43,897 nucleotides of DNA from Phycisphaeraceae bacterium. Its GTDB lineage: Bacteria > Planctomycetota > Phycisphaerae > Phycisphaerales > Zrk34. The notes under the pieces were generated by a model. The model worked only from the letters and a program-made list of their open reading frames with translations, made no database searches and was not told the DNA's origin. Position numbers and translations under genes: made by a program. Below are positions 8,312 to 18,533 of this stretch, in pieces. The stretch spans positions 1 to 43,897 of the forward strand of contig JBBDRF010000030.1 in NCBI GenBank assembly GCA_040905565.1, given 5' to 3'. Position 1 is the first letter of the stretch; every line of letters begins with the position of its first letter.

Positions 8312-10591
8312 ATGGCAAGTAAGTCCAATAGCCTGCGTCGACGCGAGGTGAGGCGGAACATTCCGCGCTCGCGGAGGCCGCTGCGCGAACTGCTGAGCCG
8401 ATCGCAGGTGCTCTGGGGCCTGCTGATGATGCTGGCGTTCACGGCGGTGGCGTCGCTTCTGGCGATCAACAGCCGGGCGGAGCCGCCTTACCGGCCGGGG
8501 CAGGTGGTCGACCGGGCGCAGGTGGCGCGGGTGCAGTTCGACTCAATTGATCAGGCTGCGACGGATCAGAGCCGGCGTGACGCCCGCCGCAAGACGCCGG
8601 CCGTTTACGAACGCAATGCCACGTTCTTCGAGGCGACGGAAAAGCGGCTGCTTTCGCTTCCGGTTCGTCTGGCCGATTTCGAATCGTTGTCCGCGGTGGA
8701 GACTCGGCTGGTTGAAACGCACGCGCTGACGGAAGAATCTTTCGCGGCTTTGAAGCAGTACAGCGCCGACGGCCGCCCCACCGACGAGTGGTCCCAGTTG
8801 GTGCGGGCGCTGATCGAAGAGATGGCGGTGACGGCGTTCCTCAGTGAGCAGGAATATCAGCGGGAGACGGAGAACCTGGCCCCGACGATTCGGCTGTACA
8901 TCGCTGAGGATCAGTCGCTGTTGATCTACGAGGGGGAACTGGCGAACGTGGCGGATGCGCGTGATCTGAGCCGGCGGGTTCAGCGGCTGGCGGTGCGTTT
9001 CCCCGAAGCAGTGCGGCCGAACATCCAGACGTATCTCGTGCGGCACATTGAGCCGACTTACATGCGCAACACCACGCTGACCGCGGAGGTCCGTAAGGAA
9101 GCGGAGGACGCAGTTGAGCCGACCGAGGTAACGTACCTGCCTGACCAGGTGCTGGTGAGCGCCAGCCAGAGTGCCGACGAAACGCTCACCGAAGCGGACT
9201 ACCGCGTGCTCAAGGAGCACTACAGCGCGCTGCCCTGGAGCGACCGGATGTTGAGCCATCTGGGCGTGATTGGGCTGGTGACGCTGCTCGCCTGCGGGAT
9301 GGTCGGCAGCGTGCTCTCGCTCCGCCCGCGCGTGGCGGAGAACCCGATGCGTGGCATGACGATGCTGGCGCTGCTGGGGCTCACGCTGCTACTGGCCTGG
9401 GTGCTGCGCGGGATGGGGCCCAACGGTGAAGCGGCCGCGGCGATCGGGCCGGCCATGCTCGCTGCGGTGATTGTCGCCATTGCTTACGACCAGCGCTTCG
9501 CCATCGCCGTCGGTGTCCTCCACGGGCTGCTGATCGGCGTCGCACTCGATCTATCGGTCGGCATGTACATGATCGTCCTGACCGCGTGCGTGGTGGCGGT
9601 GAGCCAACTCCGCGAAGTGCGCAATCGCACGACGTTGGTCCGGGCCGGGTTCGTTACGGGCATCGTGGCGGCGGTGGGCGTGTGGGCCGCGGGTCTGGCA
9701 GAGTGGAACCTTGTGCCGGGCATGCTGATGACGCTGGCCTCCGTGTCGGCGTGGGCGTTCCTCGCGTCGCTGTTCGTCGGCTTCTTCGTGCTCGGCGTGC
9801 TGCCCTACATCGAGCGCATCTTCAAAGTCACCACCTCCATGACGCTGCTGGAACTGTGCGACGTCAACCAGCCCCTGCTCCGCCGGCTCGCGCAGTCGGC
9901 GCCCGGCACGTATAACCATTCGCTGCAGGTCGGCACGCTGGCCGAGGCAGCGGCCGAGGCGATCGGCGGCAACGGACTGCTCATCCGCGTCGGGGCGTAC
10001 TACCACGACATCGGAAAAATCCACAAGCCCCAGTACTTCGTCGAAAACCAGGTAGGCGGCCCCAACCGACACGAAAAACTCTCACCCGCCATGAGCCTGC
10101 TCATCATCGTCGGCCACGTGAAAGACGGCGTCGAGATGGCGCGCGAGTACGGCCTGCCGCCGGTGCTGCATCACTTCATCGAATCGCACCACGGCACGAC
10201 GCTGGTGGAGTACTTTTATCACGCCGCCCGCAAAGGCAAGACCGAAGCGGAACAGCCCGAAGAAACCGAGTTCCGCTATCCCGGGCCTCGGCCTCACATG
10301 CGTGAAGCGGCCATCCTGATGCTTTGCGATGCCGTCGAATCCGCCAGCCGCACCATGGCCGAGCCGACCTCGGCGCGCATCGAGAACCTCGTGCACAAAC
10401 TCACGATGAAACGGCTGATGGACGGCCAGTTCAGCCAGTGCGATCTGACGCTGGCGGATCTGGAACTCATCGAGCAGGCGATCACGAAGAGTCTGTGCGC
10501 CATCTATCACGGCCGCGTGGTCTACCCCTCGGTCAGCGCCGAGCCCCCCCGTATGAGCCGACAGGACAAGGAGCGGGCCGTGGCGGGTTGA
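8312..10591 (+). CDS. 7TM-HD (HDIG) phosphohydrolase, PgpH-like putative cyclic-di-AMP phosphodiesterase
   Basis: Extracellular domain, multiple TM helices, APGTYNHS, YYHDIGK, HHGTT, FRYPGP; conserved phoH-HD-ybeY-corC context. Confidence 0.9.
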   Translation: MASKSNSLRRREVRRNIPRSRRPLRELLSRSQVLWGLLMMLAFTAVASLLAINSRAEPPYRPGQVVDRAQVARVQFDSIDQAATDQSRRDARRKTPAVYERNATFFEATEKRLLSLPVRLADFESLSAVETRLVETHALTEESFAALKQYSADGRPTDEWSQLVRALIEEMAVTAFLSEQEYQRETENLAPTIRLYIAEDQSLLIYEGELANVADARDLSRRVQRLAVRFPEAVRPNIQTYLVRHIEPTYMRNTTLTAEVRKEAEDAVEPTEVTYLPDQVLVSASQSADETLTEADYRVLKEHYSALPWSDRMLSHLGVIGLVTLLACGMVGSVLSLRPRVAENPMRGMTMLALLGLTLLLAWVLRGMGPNGEAAAAIGPAMLAAVIVAIAYDQRFAIAVGVLHGLLIGVALDLSVGMYMIVLTACVVAVSQLREVRNRTTLVRAGFVTGIVAAVGVWAAGLAEWNLVPGMLMTLASVSAWAFLASLFVGFFVLGVLPYIERIFKVTTSMTLLELCDVNQPLLRRLAQSAPGTYNHSLQVGTLAEAAAEAIGGNGLLIRVGAYYHDIGKIHKPQYFVENQVGGPNRHEKLSPAMSLLIIVGHVKDGVEMAREYGLPPVLHHFIESHHGTTLVEYFYHAARKGKTEAEQPEETEFRYPGPRPHMREAAILMLCDAVESASRTMAEPTSARIENLVHKLTMKRLMDGQFSQCDLTLADLELIEQAITKSLCAIYHGRVVYPSVSAEPPRMSRQDKERAVAG

Positions 10592-10647
10592 CCGGCGCGG
10601 TGCCTGTTCAAAGGTGCCCCGTCTCCCTTCCAGAGCCCAGGTTTTTT

Positions 10648-11214
10648 ATGTGCAGTGCCCCGGCGAATCCTGAACCCAGCGAATCCAGCGACGACCCCGA
10701 CCCTCCTGAACCCTCACCGGCGGAGCGGCCATCGGAACCGGTGCAGATTGAGGTGACGCATGCTGTCGAGCTTGCCCCCACCACTGCCGCGGCCCTGACG
10801 CAGAAACTTGATGCGGTGCTCCGCGGCGCGTGCGATTTGCTCGACCGGTCGCAGGCAAGCCTCAGCGTCGTTATCATCGACGACCAGTCCATGAAAGCGC
10901 TGCACGAACAGTTCATGCAAATTCCTGATACAACCGATGTCCTCACGTTCGATCTGCGAAGCGATCCGGCTGAGCCGATCGAGGGCGAAATTTACGTCTG
11001 CTTCGATGAGGCGGCCCGCCGGGCCGACGAACTGAACCATCCCGCGGAGCATGAGATCATTCTTTACGCGCTGCATGGCCTGCTGCACCTGGTCGGCTAC
11101 GACGATCACACCGAAGCAGACTGGCACGAGATGCACACGGCGGAAGATCGGCTCCTTGAACAACTGGGCATCGGGCGGGTCTTCGATGTGAACGGCGGAG
11201 GCGAAACGCGCTGA
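10648..11214 (+). CDS. ybeY: rRNA maturation endoribonuclease YbeY
   Basis: TDVLTF, GEIYV, HGLLHLVGYDDH; start approximate. Confidence 0.92.
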   Translation: MCSAPANPEPSESSDDPDPPEPSPAERPSEPVQIEVTHAVELAPTTAAALTQKLDAVLRGACDLLDRSQASLSVVIIDDQSMKALHEQFMQIPDTTDVLTFDLRSDPAEPIEGEIYVCFDEAARRADELNHPAEHEIILYALHGLLHLVGYDDHTEADWHEMHTAEDRLLEQLGIGRVFDVNGGGETR

Positions 11215-12512
11215 TGGCTACAGCGGCCTGGGTGGCAATCATTGCGACGCTTTTGAGCGGCTACTTCGCCGCGACCAACTATGCGCTGATCGACCACAGT
11301 CGCAGCCGGTTGGTCGACCTGCTCATATCAAAAGGTCGCAAGGAGCAGGCCGAGGCGCTGCCGCGGATGATCGGTCCGCTGCTGCTGCTCACGGCGGTGC
11401 TCCGCACAGTTTGCAGCCTGATTATTCTGATGGCGGTGATCGCCCTGATGGCGCCGCCGAACCAGCCGAGCACCTGGTGGGACGTCCTCGCGGCCCTGGC
11501 GGTGACGGGGCTCATCATCGCGATCCTCGGCGTCGCCATCCCCATCAGCTGGGCACGCCATGCGGCTGAGCCCCTCCTGGCCGCTTCGCTGCCGCTGCTG
11601 CGAGCGGGTTATCTGGCCTTCAAGCCGCTGCTGTTCCTGCTTCACATGCTGGATTCGCCGGTGCGCCGGCTGCTCGGCGTCCCCGAAACCGACGAGCACG
11701 AACGAACGCTGGAGCAGGAACTCCGCGACGCCGTCCACGAAGGCGAAAAGGGCGGACTCGTCGACGAAGAACAGAAAGAGATGATCGAAGCGGTCGTCGA
11801 TTTCCCCTCCATCACTGTCGATCAGATCATGACGCCTCGCACCGAGATCGAGGGCATCTCAGCCAACAGCACCCTCGAAGATATCAAGCGGTTCATCGCC
11901 ACCGCAGGCCATTCGCGCATCCCCGTGTTCGATGGCGACCTCGATCACATCGTCGGCATCCTCTACGTCAAAGACCTCATCCCGCTGTTGGGCACGAACG
12001 GCGATCAGCCTTTCGACCTGCTGCGAACCGTCCGCGAAGCCGTCTTCGTCCCCGAAGCCAAAACCCTGCGTGACCTGCTCGGCCAGTTCAAAGCGTCCAA
12101 GGTTCACATGGCCATCGTCCTTGACGAGTACGGCGGCACGGCCGGGCTGGTCACCATCGAAGACGTCATCGAAGAAATCGTCGGCGAGATTCACGATGAG
12201 TACGAGCCGCCCGAGGAAGAGCCTTCGATCGATCAGGTCGATGAGAGCACCTACGCGGTGCACGGCCGCGTGCGCATCGACACGCTGAACGATGAGCTCA
12301 AGCTCGACCTGCCCGAAAACGAAGACTACGACACGGTCGGCGGGTGGGTGTTCGCCACGCTCGGCCGCATCCCCGATCCGCAGGAATCGTTCGACCACGA
12401 GAACCTGCAGATCACGATCACAGACGTCGAAAAAACCCGCGTGAACCGTGTCACCCTCCGCATCATCGACGCAGAGGCAGGCAACAAAGCGGTGCGAAAC
12501 AACGGCGACTGA
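11214..12512 (+). CDS. HlyC/CorC family (CNNM-CBS-CorC) membrane protein
   Basis: N-terminal TM domain, IMTPR, HSRIPV, VLDEYGGTAGLVTIEDVIEEIVGEIHDE, YDTVGG; start overlaps the ybeY stop (TGATG). Confidence 0.92.
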   Translation: MATAAWVAIIATLLSGYFAATNYALIDHSRSRLVDLLISKGRKEQAEALPRMIGPLLLLTAVLRTVCSLIILMAVIALMAPPNQPSTWWDVLAALAVTGLIIAILGVAIPISWARHAAEPLLAASLPLLRAGYLAFKPLLFLLHMLDSPVRRLLGVPETDEHERTLEQELRDAVHEGEKGGLVDEEQKEMIEAVVDFPSITVDQIMTPRTEIEGISANSTLEDIKRFIATAGHSRIPVFDGDLDHIVGILYVKDLIPLLGTNGDQPFDLLRTVREAVFVPEAKTLRDLLGQFKASKVHMAIVLDEYGGTAGLVTIEDVIEEIVGEIHDEYEPPEEEPSIDQVDESTYAVHGRVRIDTLNDELKLDLPENEDYDTVGGWVFATLGRIPDPQESFDHENLQITITDVEKTRVNRVTLRIIDAEAGNKAVRNNGD

Positions 12513-12540
12513 CCGCCGCAGATGAAGCGCGCTGTTCCCA

Positions 12541-12679
12541 ACGAGCCGCGCACGTCAGTAAGCGGTTGGGCGTCCGATCCCGACGCATTGTGATAACACG
12601 CGTCGCAAGGTACGAACCGCTGCGTCCCACATTCACAGGTGAACTGGAGCACAACCGTTCCCTTACGGTCGCGGCTCGT
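12541..12679. repeat. REP family C inverted doublet between convergent corC and mutL
   Basis: acgagccgcgcacgtcagtaagcggt (12541-12566) ... accgttcccttacggtcgcggctcgt (12654-12679). Confidence 0.8.
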
Positions 12680-12698
12680 ATTGGCGTTGCGCCATACT

Positions 12699-14705
12699 TC
12701 ACGAGCGTTTGAAGTGTTTTTCCAGTTCGCTGACGGTCAGGCGAATCGTGGTCGGCCGGCCGTGCGGGCAGCTGGCGACACGGTCGAACCGCTCCCGACT
12801 GGCCAGCAGTTCGCGGATCTCCTCAAGCTTCAACGCGTCCCCCGCCTTCACCGCAGCCTTGCAGCTCATCATGTCGAGCACTTCGTGCAGGGCTTCTTCA
12901 TCGTTCGGCTCAAGCCCCACGTGCTCGGCACGATCGAGCAGATCGTCGATGAACTCGACGGGATCGACCTTGCGATCAAAAAGCAACGTGGGGAACGCCT
13001 GCACGGCGATCGTGGCGGGGCCAAGCTGCTCCGCTTCGATGCCTAGCTTTTCGAGCAAGGGTTTGAGGCGTTCGAGGGCGTCGAGCCGAGCGGGTGTGGC
13101 GGGGACGGTGGCGGGCGTGATCAGGCGTTGACTCTCCAGCGAACCGCGACTGCGCATCCGTCGTTGCAGCGACTCGAACATCATCCGCTCATGCAGCGCA
13201 TGTTGATCAATGATCAACAGCCCCTTCTCGTCCTGCGTCACAATGTAACTGTCATGCACCTGCAAAATCGCCAACCCCCCACCACCACCTTGTCCCGCAT
13301 GTTGGTCGGACCTTGTGGGTGTATCGGTGGAAAAGGTGGGGGGGGAGGGGGGGCCCATTTCCTGTTGCATTTGTTCGTAGACGAAACCCTTCTGACGCGG
13401 GTCCATGCGGCGGAAGTAATCGACAAACTGCGAGACGGCAGCGTCCCCATCCTCACCCTGCTCAGCGTCCGACGAACCGGCCCAACTCGCGGGCGGCGGC
13501 GGCAGCGGGGCTGGCCTCCCGCCGGCTGGGGAGCCGAACAAGCGATCGAGCTGATCCGTCGAGATGCCCCCCCCACCACCGCCCCCTCCGCCACCGCCAC
13601 CGTTGCCGAATGCGGGGCCGCCGCCTCCGCCGCTGCGGGTGTAGCTGGGGTCCTGCTGAAACGGCGTGGCGACGTGTGGCTGATCCGGGCGATGCTTGAC
13701 GTTGACCGAAGGCGTGAGATCCGCCCCGAGCAGCCGTTGCCTGACCACGCTGAGCACCTGCCCGTGGATGCCGTTGCCGTCGGCGAAGCGGACCTCAGCC
13801 TTGGCGGGGTGAACATTCACGTCGACCGTCGCAGGATCGACATGCACGAACAGCACGATGGTCGGCTGCTGATTCGGATCGATCAGCCCCCGGTACGCTT
13901 CGCGGATGGCGTGAGCGATGTGGCGATCGCGGATCGGCCGTCCGTTCACGTAGACGTACTGGTAACGGGCGGTCGAGCGTGCCAGAGCCGGCAGCCCGGC
14001 CATGCCCCACAGGCGAACGCCTCGCTCATCACTGGCGAATTCAAGTAGCCCCTCTTCCAGATCCTTGCCCAGCTGCGCGAGCACCCGCTGATTGTGCTGC
14101 TGGCGCGGCGGCAGGTCGAAGGTCGTCCGCTGATTGTGCATCAGGCGGAAGCCGACCTCGGGGTGCGCCAGCGTGATGCGGCTGAGCGTGTCGTTGATGT
14201 GCCCGAACTCCGTCCCGGCCGTCCGCATGAACTTACGGCGGGCCGGCGTGTTGTAAAACAGATTCCGCACTTCGACGACCGTTCCCGGGGCACAGGCGGT
14301 GGGCTTGGGCGGTTCGCCGTCGCCGCCTGCGATTTCAAGCACAGCCCCCGCCTCGGCGTCTCTTGGACACGAGGCCAGCCTCAGCCGGGAGACGGAGGCG
14401 ATGGAGGCAAGCGCTTCGCCTCGGAAGCCGAGCGTGCCGACGGATGTGAGGTCGTCAGCGGAAGTGATTTTGCTGGTCGCGTGGGATTCGACGGCGAGGG
14501 GCAGTTCGTCGATCGGGATGCCGCCGCCGTCGTCGGCGACGCGGATAAGTTCCCGGCCGCCGTCTTCAATGTGGACGGTGATCTGGGTGGGCCCGGCGTC
14601 GAGGGCGTTCTCCACAAGTTCCTTGACGACGGAAGCGGGGCGCTCGATTACCTCGCCGGCGGCGATCTGGTTGATCAGCAACGGGCTTAGTTTGCGGATG
14701 GCCAT
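12699..14705 (-). CDS. mutL: DNA mismatch repair endonuclease MutL
   Basis: IAAGEVIERPASVVKELVENALDAG, GFRGEALASI, DVNVHPAK; endonuclease motifs DQHALHER, SCK, CPHGRP. Confidence 0.97.
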   Translation of the reverse strand: MAIRKLSPLLINQIAAGEVIERPASVVKELVENALDAGPTQITVHIEDGGRELIRVADDGGGIPIDELPLAVESHATSKITSADDLTSVGTLGFRGEALASIASVSRLRLASCPRDAEAGAVLEIAGGDGEPPKPTACAPGTVVEVRNLFYNTPARRKFMRTAGTEFGHINDTLSRITLAHPEVGFRLMHNQRTTFDLPPRQQHNQRVLAQLGKDLEEGLLEFASDERGVRLWGMAGLPALARSTARYQYVYVNGRPIRDRHIAHAIREAYRGLIDPNQQPTIVLFVHVDPATVDVNVHPAKAEVRFADGNGIHGQVLSVVRQRLLGADLTPSVNVKHRPDQPHVATPFQQDPSYTRSGGGGGPAFGNGGGGGGGGGGGGISTDQLDRLFGSPAGGRPAPLPPPPASWAGSSDAEQGEDGDAAVSQFVDYFRRMDPRQKGFVYEQMQQEMGPPSPPTFSTDTPTRSDQHAGQGGGGGLAILQVHDSYIVTQDEKGLLIIDQHALHERMMFESLQRRMRSRGSLESQRLITPATVPATPARLDALERLKPLLEKLGIEAEQLGPATIAVQAFPTLLFDRKVDPVEFIDDLLDRAEHVGLEPNDEEALHEVLDMMSCKAAVKAGDALKLEEIRELLASRERFDRVASCPHGRPTTIRLTVSELEKHFKRS

Positions 14706-14732
14706 GGGTGCCATCTTACCACGTTCGCGTTG

Positions 14733-14757
14733 ACGAGCCGCGACCGTCAGGGAGCGG
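14733..14757 (+). repeat. REP family C single unit
   Basis: acgagccgcgaccgtcagggagcgg. Confidence 0.8.
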
Positions 14758-14776
14758 GCATGGTCCGGGTTCTGGC

Positions 14777-14887
14777 GGGTGCCCCGGCCAGCGCAGACGG
14801 CCGGGCGGGGTGGTTAGATGGGTCGGCGGTCATTGCATGTATCGGAGAAGCCCGGCCGTCTCGCTTCGCTCGCTGGCCGGGGCACCC
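14777..14887. repeat. REP family A inverted doublet (short unit forward, long unit reverse)
   Basis: gggtgccccggccagcgcagacggccggg ... cccggccgtctcgcttcgctcgctggccggggcaccc. Confidence 0.9.
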
Positions 14888-14911
14888 TGCCTTCCCGCTC
14901 GCCAGGCGGGT

Positions 14912-16927
14912 TTACTGTTCGTCTTCGAGCGCGCGGAGCCAGCGGCCGAGGGCCATGACGGGGAAGTAGAGGCGGTAGAGGTGGTAGCGGAGGTAGAACA
15001 CGCGCGGGAAGCCGGTGCCGGTGAAGTAGGGTTCGTCCCACGAGCCAGCCCGATCGCCTGCGGGGTGATCGTGCTTGAGCTGCTGGTCGATGAGCCACTT
15101 GATGCCGCGGACGACGCCGGGATCGTTCGGGCCGTAGACCGCCATGAGCGCCATCGTGCCCCACGCGGTCTGCGAAGCGGTGGCGGGGCCTTGGCCTTTG
15201 AGCGACGGATCTTCGTACGTATCGGCCGACTCACCGAACGAGCCGTCCTCCTTCTGGACGGAGCGGAGCCAACGGCCGGATCTGACGATCCACTCCTGCG
15301 TCATATCGACGTCCGCGATCTTAAGACCGCAGAGCACCTGCCACGTGCCGTAGATGTAGTTGACACCCCAGCGTCCGAACCAGCAGCCTTCGGGCTCCTG
15401 CTCAAACTTGATGAAGTTCACCGCCTTTTTCACGGCCGGGTGGTGGGGCTTGAGGCCGAGGTGCCCGAGGCATTCGAGGGTGCGGCCGGTGATATCGGGG
15501 CAGGAAGGATCCTGAATCGCGTTGTGGTCGGCGAAGGGGACGTGCTCGAGGATCGGCCGGCTGATGGTGCGGTCGAACGCCGCCCAGCCGCCGTCTTCGT
15601 TCTGCATCGCCAGGATCCAGTCGCGGCCACGCCTGACCGAAGCACGCACCGCATCGGAGCCGCCCACGCGGTGCAAGGCCATCACGACCATTGCGGTATC
15701 GTCGACGTCGGGGTAGTAGGCGTTGTTGAACTCGAAGTACCAGCCGCTGGGTTCGACGTCGCTGGGGACGTTGTTCTTCCAGTCGCCGACGACCTTGCGG
15801 CATTCTTTCGACACGAGCCATTCAGCGCTGCGGCGGGCGGCTTCGTCCTCGAAATCCAGCCCCGCTTCGGTGAGCGCGTAAGCGGCGATGCCCGAATCCC
15901 AGATGGGGCTGAGGCACGGCTGAATGCGGATGGCGTCGTTCGCTTCATCGTGGATCATCAGGCGATCGAGCTGTTCGACGGCTTCGAGCACGTGCGGGTC
16001 GTCGCCGCGGTAGCCCAGGCAGCGGAAGGCGATGATGATGTACACCATCGGCGGAAATATCGCGCCCAGGCCGTCGGAATGCTGGGTGTGATCGAGAATC
16101 CATTCCTCGATCTGCTTGAGGGCGCGACGGCGCAGCGGGCGAAGCTTGATCTTCTCCGCGATCTTCAAGCCACGGTCCGCAGCACGAAACACGTTCTTCC
16201 AGCTGATCAGCTGCTGGTCCAGCTCGGTCACCGGCCGATGCAGGTAGTCGTGCCGGGTGTACAGCTCCATGATGCCCATGGGCTCGGGCAGCTGCCGCAC
16301 GGGGCGGTAATGGCTGATGATCGACAACGGCATGATCATCGTCCGCGACCAGGCGGAAACCTTGTCCAGATGAAAGTAGAACCACTTGGGCAGCAGCACC
16401 ATTTCAGGCGGAACGATCGGCACGTTGTCGTAGTGCATCTGCCCGAGGGCAGCGAGGTAGAAGCGGGTGTAGGTGTTGCACTTTTCCGCGCCGCCGAGCG
16501 AGTGGATCAGGTTGCGGGCCTTACGCATGTGGGGCGATTCGATGTCATCGCCCAGAAGTTTCAGCGCGAAGTAGGCTTTGACCGTGGCCGAGAGATCGGG
16601 CTTGGCACCGGGATACTGGATCCATGCCCCGTCGGAGAGCCGCTGCTGCGTGCGGAGATGGTTGGCGATCTTTGGCAGGCGCGGGTCGTCTTCCTCCTCG
16701 ATGATCCATTTCAGGAGGATGTATTCGGACTGGAGGATTGAGTCGCCTTCAAGCTCGGCGCACCAGTAGCCGTCACTATTCTGCTCGGCGATGAGCGCCT
16801 CAACCCCTGCGTCGCGTGCAGCGGCAGCCTCCCGGCGCAGCGAGAGGTCGAAGGCCACGGGCTCGCTGTGCGGCAGCTGACCTGATGGTTGATCTGAAGT
16901 CGTGCTCGCGGAGGTACCGCTGTTCAT
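14912..16927 (-). CDS. shc: Squalene-hopene cyclase
   Basis: YPDVDDTA (DxDD) motif, QW-type repeats (QNEDGGW, QKEDGSF), WFGRWGVNYIYGT, FTGTGFPRVFYLRYHLY. Confidence 0.95.
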   Translation of the reverse strand: MNSGTSASTTSDQPSGQLPHSEPVAFDLSLRREAAAARDAGVEALIAEQNSDGYWCAELEGDSILQSEYILLKWIIEEEDDPRLPKIANHLRTQQRLSDGAWIQYPGAKPDLSATVKAYFALKLLGDDIESPHMRKARNLIHSLGGAEKCNTYTRFYLAALGQMHYDNVPIVPPEMVLLPKWFYFHLDKVSAWSRTMIMPLSIISHYRPVRQLPEPMGIMELYTRHDYLHRPVTELDQQLISWKNVFRAADRGLKIAEKIKLRPLRRRALKQIEEWILDHTQHSDGLGAIFPPMVYIIIAFRCLGYRGDDPHVLEAVEQLDRLMIHDEANDAIRIQPCLSPIWDSGIAAYALTEAGLDFEDEAARRSAEWLVSKECRKVVGDWKNNVPSDVEPSGWYFEFNNAYYPDVDDTAMVVMALHRVGGSDAVRASVRRGRDWILAMQNEDGGWAAFDRTISRPILEHVPFADHNAIQDPSCPDITGRTLECLGHLGLKPHHPAVKKAVNFIKFEQEPEGCWFGRWGVNYIYGTWQVLCGLKIADVDMTQEWIVRSGRWLRSVQKEDGSFGESADTYEDPSLKGQGPATASQTAWGTMALMAVYGPNDPGVVRGIKWLIDQQLKHDHPAGDRAGSWDEPYFTGTGFPRVFYLRYHLYRLYFPVMALGRWLRALEDEQ

Positions 16928-17126
16928 GATTCGAATCCATACCTGCGGAGACAGTGAGACGGTCGCTCCTTCGACCGGCCAGCCATGCTCCGAATTCTAT
17001 CTGGCCTTGCGCGCCCCATGCGGTGGGAAAGTGGGACGGCGGCTGCTCTAAGCAAGCACGAAGCGCGACGTCCCCTGTGTCGGCCCGCGCAAGATTATCC
17101 CCGGTGCGCCCCCCTACGGCAAGAGT

Positions 17127-18335
17127 TTATGCAGCTGCGGCGTTGACGGCATCGGTGATCTTCTGCGCCGCTTCGGTGAGGTCCCCTGCAGTCTGGAGGA
17201 CCGTAATCTGCTGCTTGGCCTGCGCCATGATCTCGCGAGCCTCCTCGACGTTCGTCCCCTCAAGCCTCACCACCAGCGGCACGGTGAAGCCGACGTTCTC
17301 CGCAGCGCTGATGATCGCCCGGGCGATCTTGTCGCATTGCATGATACCCCCGAAAATGTTGACCAGCACACCCTTCACATGCTTATCGCTGAGGATAATA
17401 CGGAACGCTTCGGTGACGGCCTCTTCGCTGGCCGAGCCGCCGACGTCCAGGAAGTTCGCCGGCTCGCCGCCGTGCAGCTTCACGATATCCATCGTCGACA
17501 TCGCCAGGCCCGCACCGTTGACGAGGCAGCCGATGTCGCCGTCGAGCTTGATGTAGCTGAGGCCGTGCTTATGGGCTTCGAGCTCGGCGGGCGGTTCCTC
17601 GGACGTGTCGTTCATCTCCGCGAGGCCCTTGTGACGGAACAGGGCGTTGTCGTCGAAGGTCATCTTCGCGTCGATGGCCATGACCTGACCGTCGGGATGG
17701 TCGGCGCCGGCAGGGGTGACGATGAGGGGGTTGATCTCGATCATGTCCGCGTCGAGCTTGGTGAACAGGCTGCCGAGCTGCATCATGATCTTCACAGCCT
17801 GGCCGACCTGCTTGCCGGTGAAGCCGAGCTTGAAGGCAACCTTGCGGGCCTGGTGGGGCTGAATGCCCATGAGCGGATGCAGCGGCTGGCGGATGATGGC
17901 GTCCGGGTTCTGCTCCGCGACCTGCTCGATCTCGACGCCGCCCTCGGCTGAGGCGATGAGGACGGGGCGACCGGTGGCGCGGTCGAGCGTGATGCCCAGG
18001 TAGTATTCTTTTTCGATATCGACGCCCGCTGCGACCATCACCTTGCGGACCACGACGCCGTCGGGCCCGGTCTGATGGGTGACCAGGGGCTTGCTCATCA
18101 TCCCCTCAGCGGCTTCTTTCGCTTCGTCAGCAGAACGCACGAGCTTGACGCCGCCCGCCTTGCCGCGACCGCCTGCATGGACCTGAGCCTTGACGACGGC
18201 GAGTTCGACGCCCGCTGCGGCCATCTTCTCGTAGGCCTGGCGTACCTGATCGGGGGATTCGCAAACTTCGCCGGCGGGAACGGTAACGCCCGCCTCAGCG
18301 AGCAGCTCTCTGGCCTGGTATTCGTGAACCTTCAT
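17127..18335 (-). CDS. sucC: Succinyl-CoA ligase beta subunit
   Basis: [54 protein letters not shown]. Confidence 0.97.
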   Translation of the reverse strand: MKVHEYQARELLAEAGVTVPAGEVCESPDQVRQAYEKMAAAGVELAVVKAQVHAGGRGKAGGVKLVRSADEAKEAAEGMMSKPLVTHQTGPDGVVVRKVMVAAGVDIEKEYYLGITLDRATGRPVLIASAEGGVEIEQVAEQNPDAIIRQPLHPLMGIQPHQARKVAFKLGFTGKQVGQAVKIMMQLGSLFTKLDADMIEINPLIVTPAGADHPDGQVMAIDAKMTFDDNALFRHKGLAEMNDTSEEPPAELEAHKHGLSYIKLDGDIGCLVNGAGLAMSTMDIVKLHGGEPANFLDVGGSASEEAVTEAFRIILSDKHVKGVLVNIFGGIMQCDKIARAIISAAENVGFTVPLVVRLEGTNVEEAREIMAQAKQQITVLQTAGDLTEAAQKITDAVNAAAA

Positions 18336-18533
18336 CGATCGCAACCCTTCTGGTACGCAGTAGCGGTGGAACCTCGCAGCAGTCGACCACGGATGGTATC
18401 AAGGATCAGACCACATCACCACCTGCCCAGCGGCACGCGCGGCATCCCCCTCCCACCCGTGCGGGGTGGACAAGATCAAGGGGATATGCGACAAAGATCG
18501 GTTCACTCTGGCCCGTTTCGAGAGGATTTGCAC

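Noticed and set aside
14708..16741. Long antisense ORFs (e.g. 14708-16741, 39509-40963, 32086-33414, 27393-28559)
   Set aside because: They shadow well-supported genes on the opposite strand; expected in GC-rich DNA with biased codon usage; no recognisable motifs
18336..18533. Glycine riboswitch upstream of gcvT
   Set aside because: No GGAGA...CCGAAG...CTCTCAGG aptamer core; only a small hairpin
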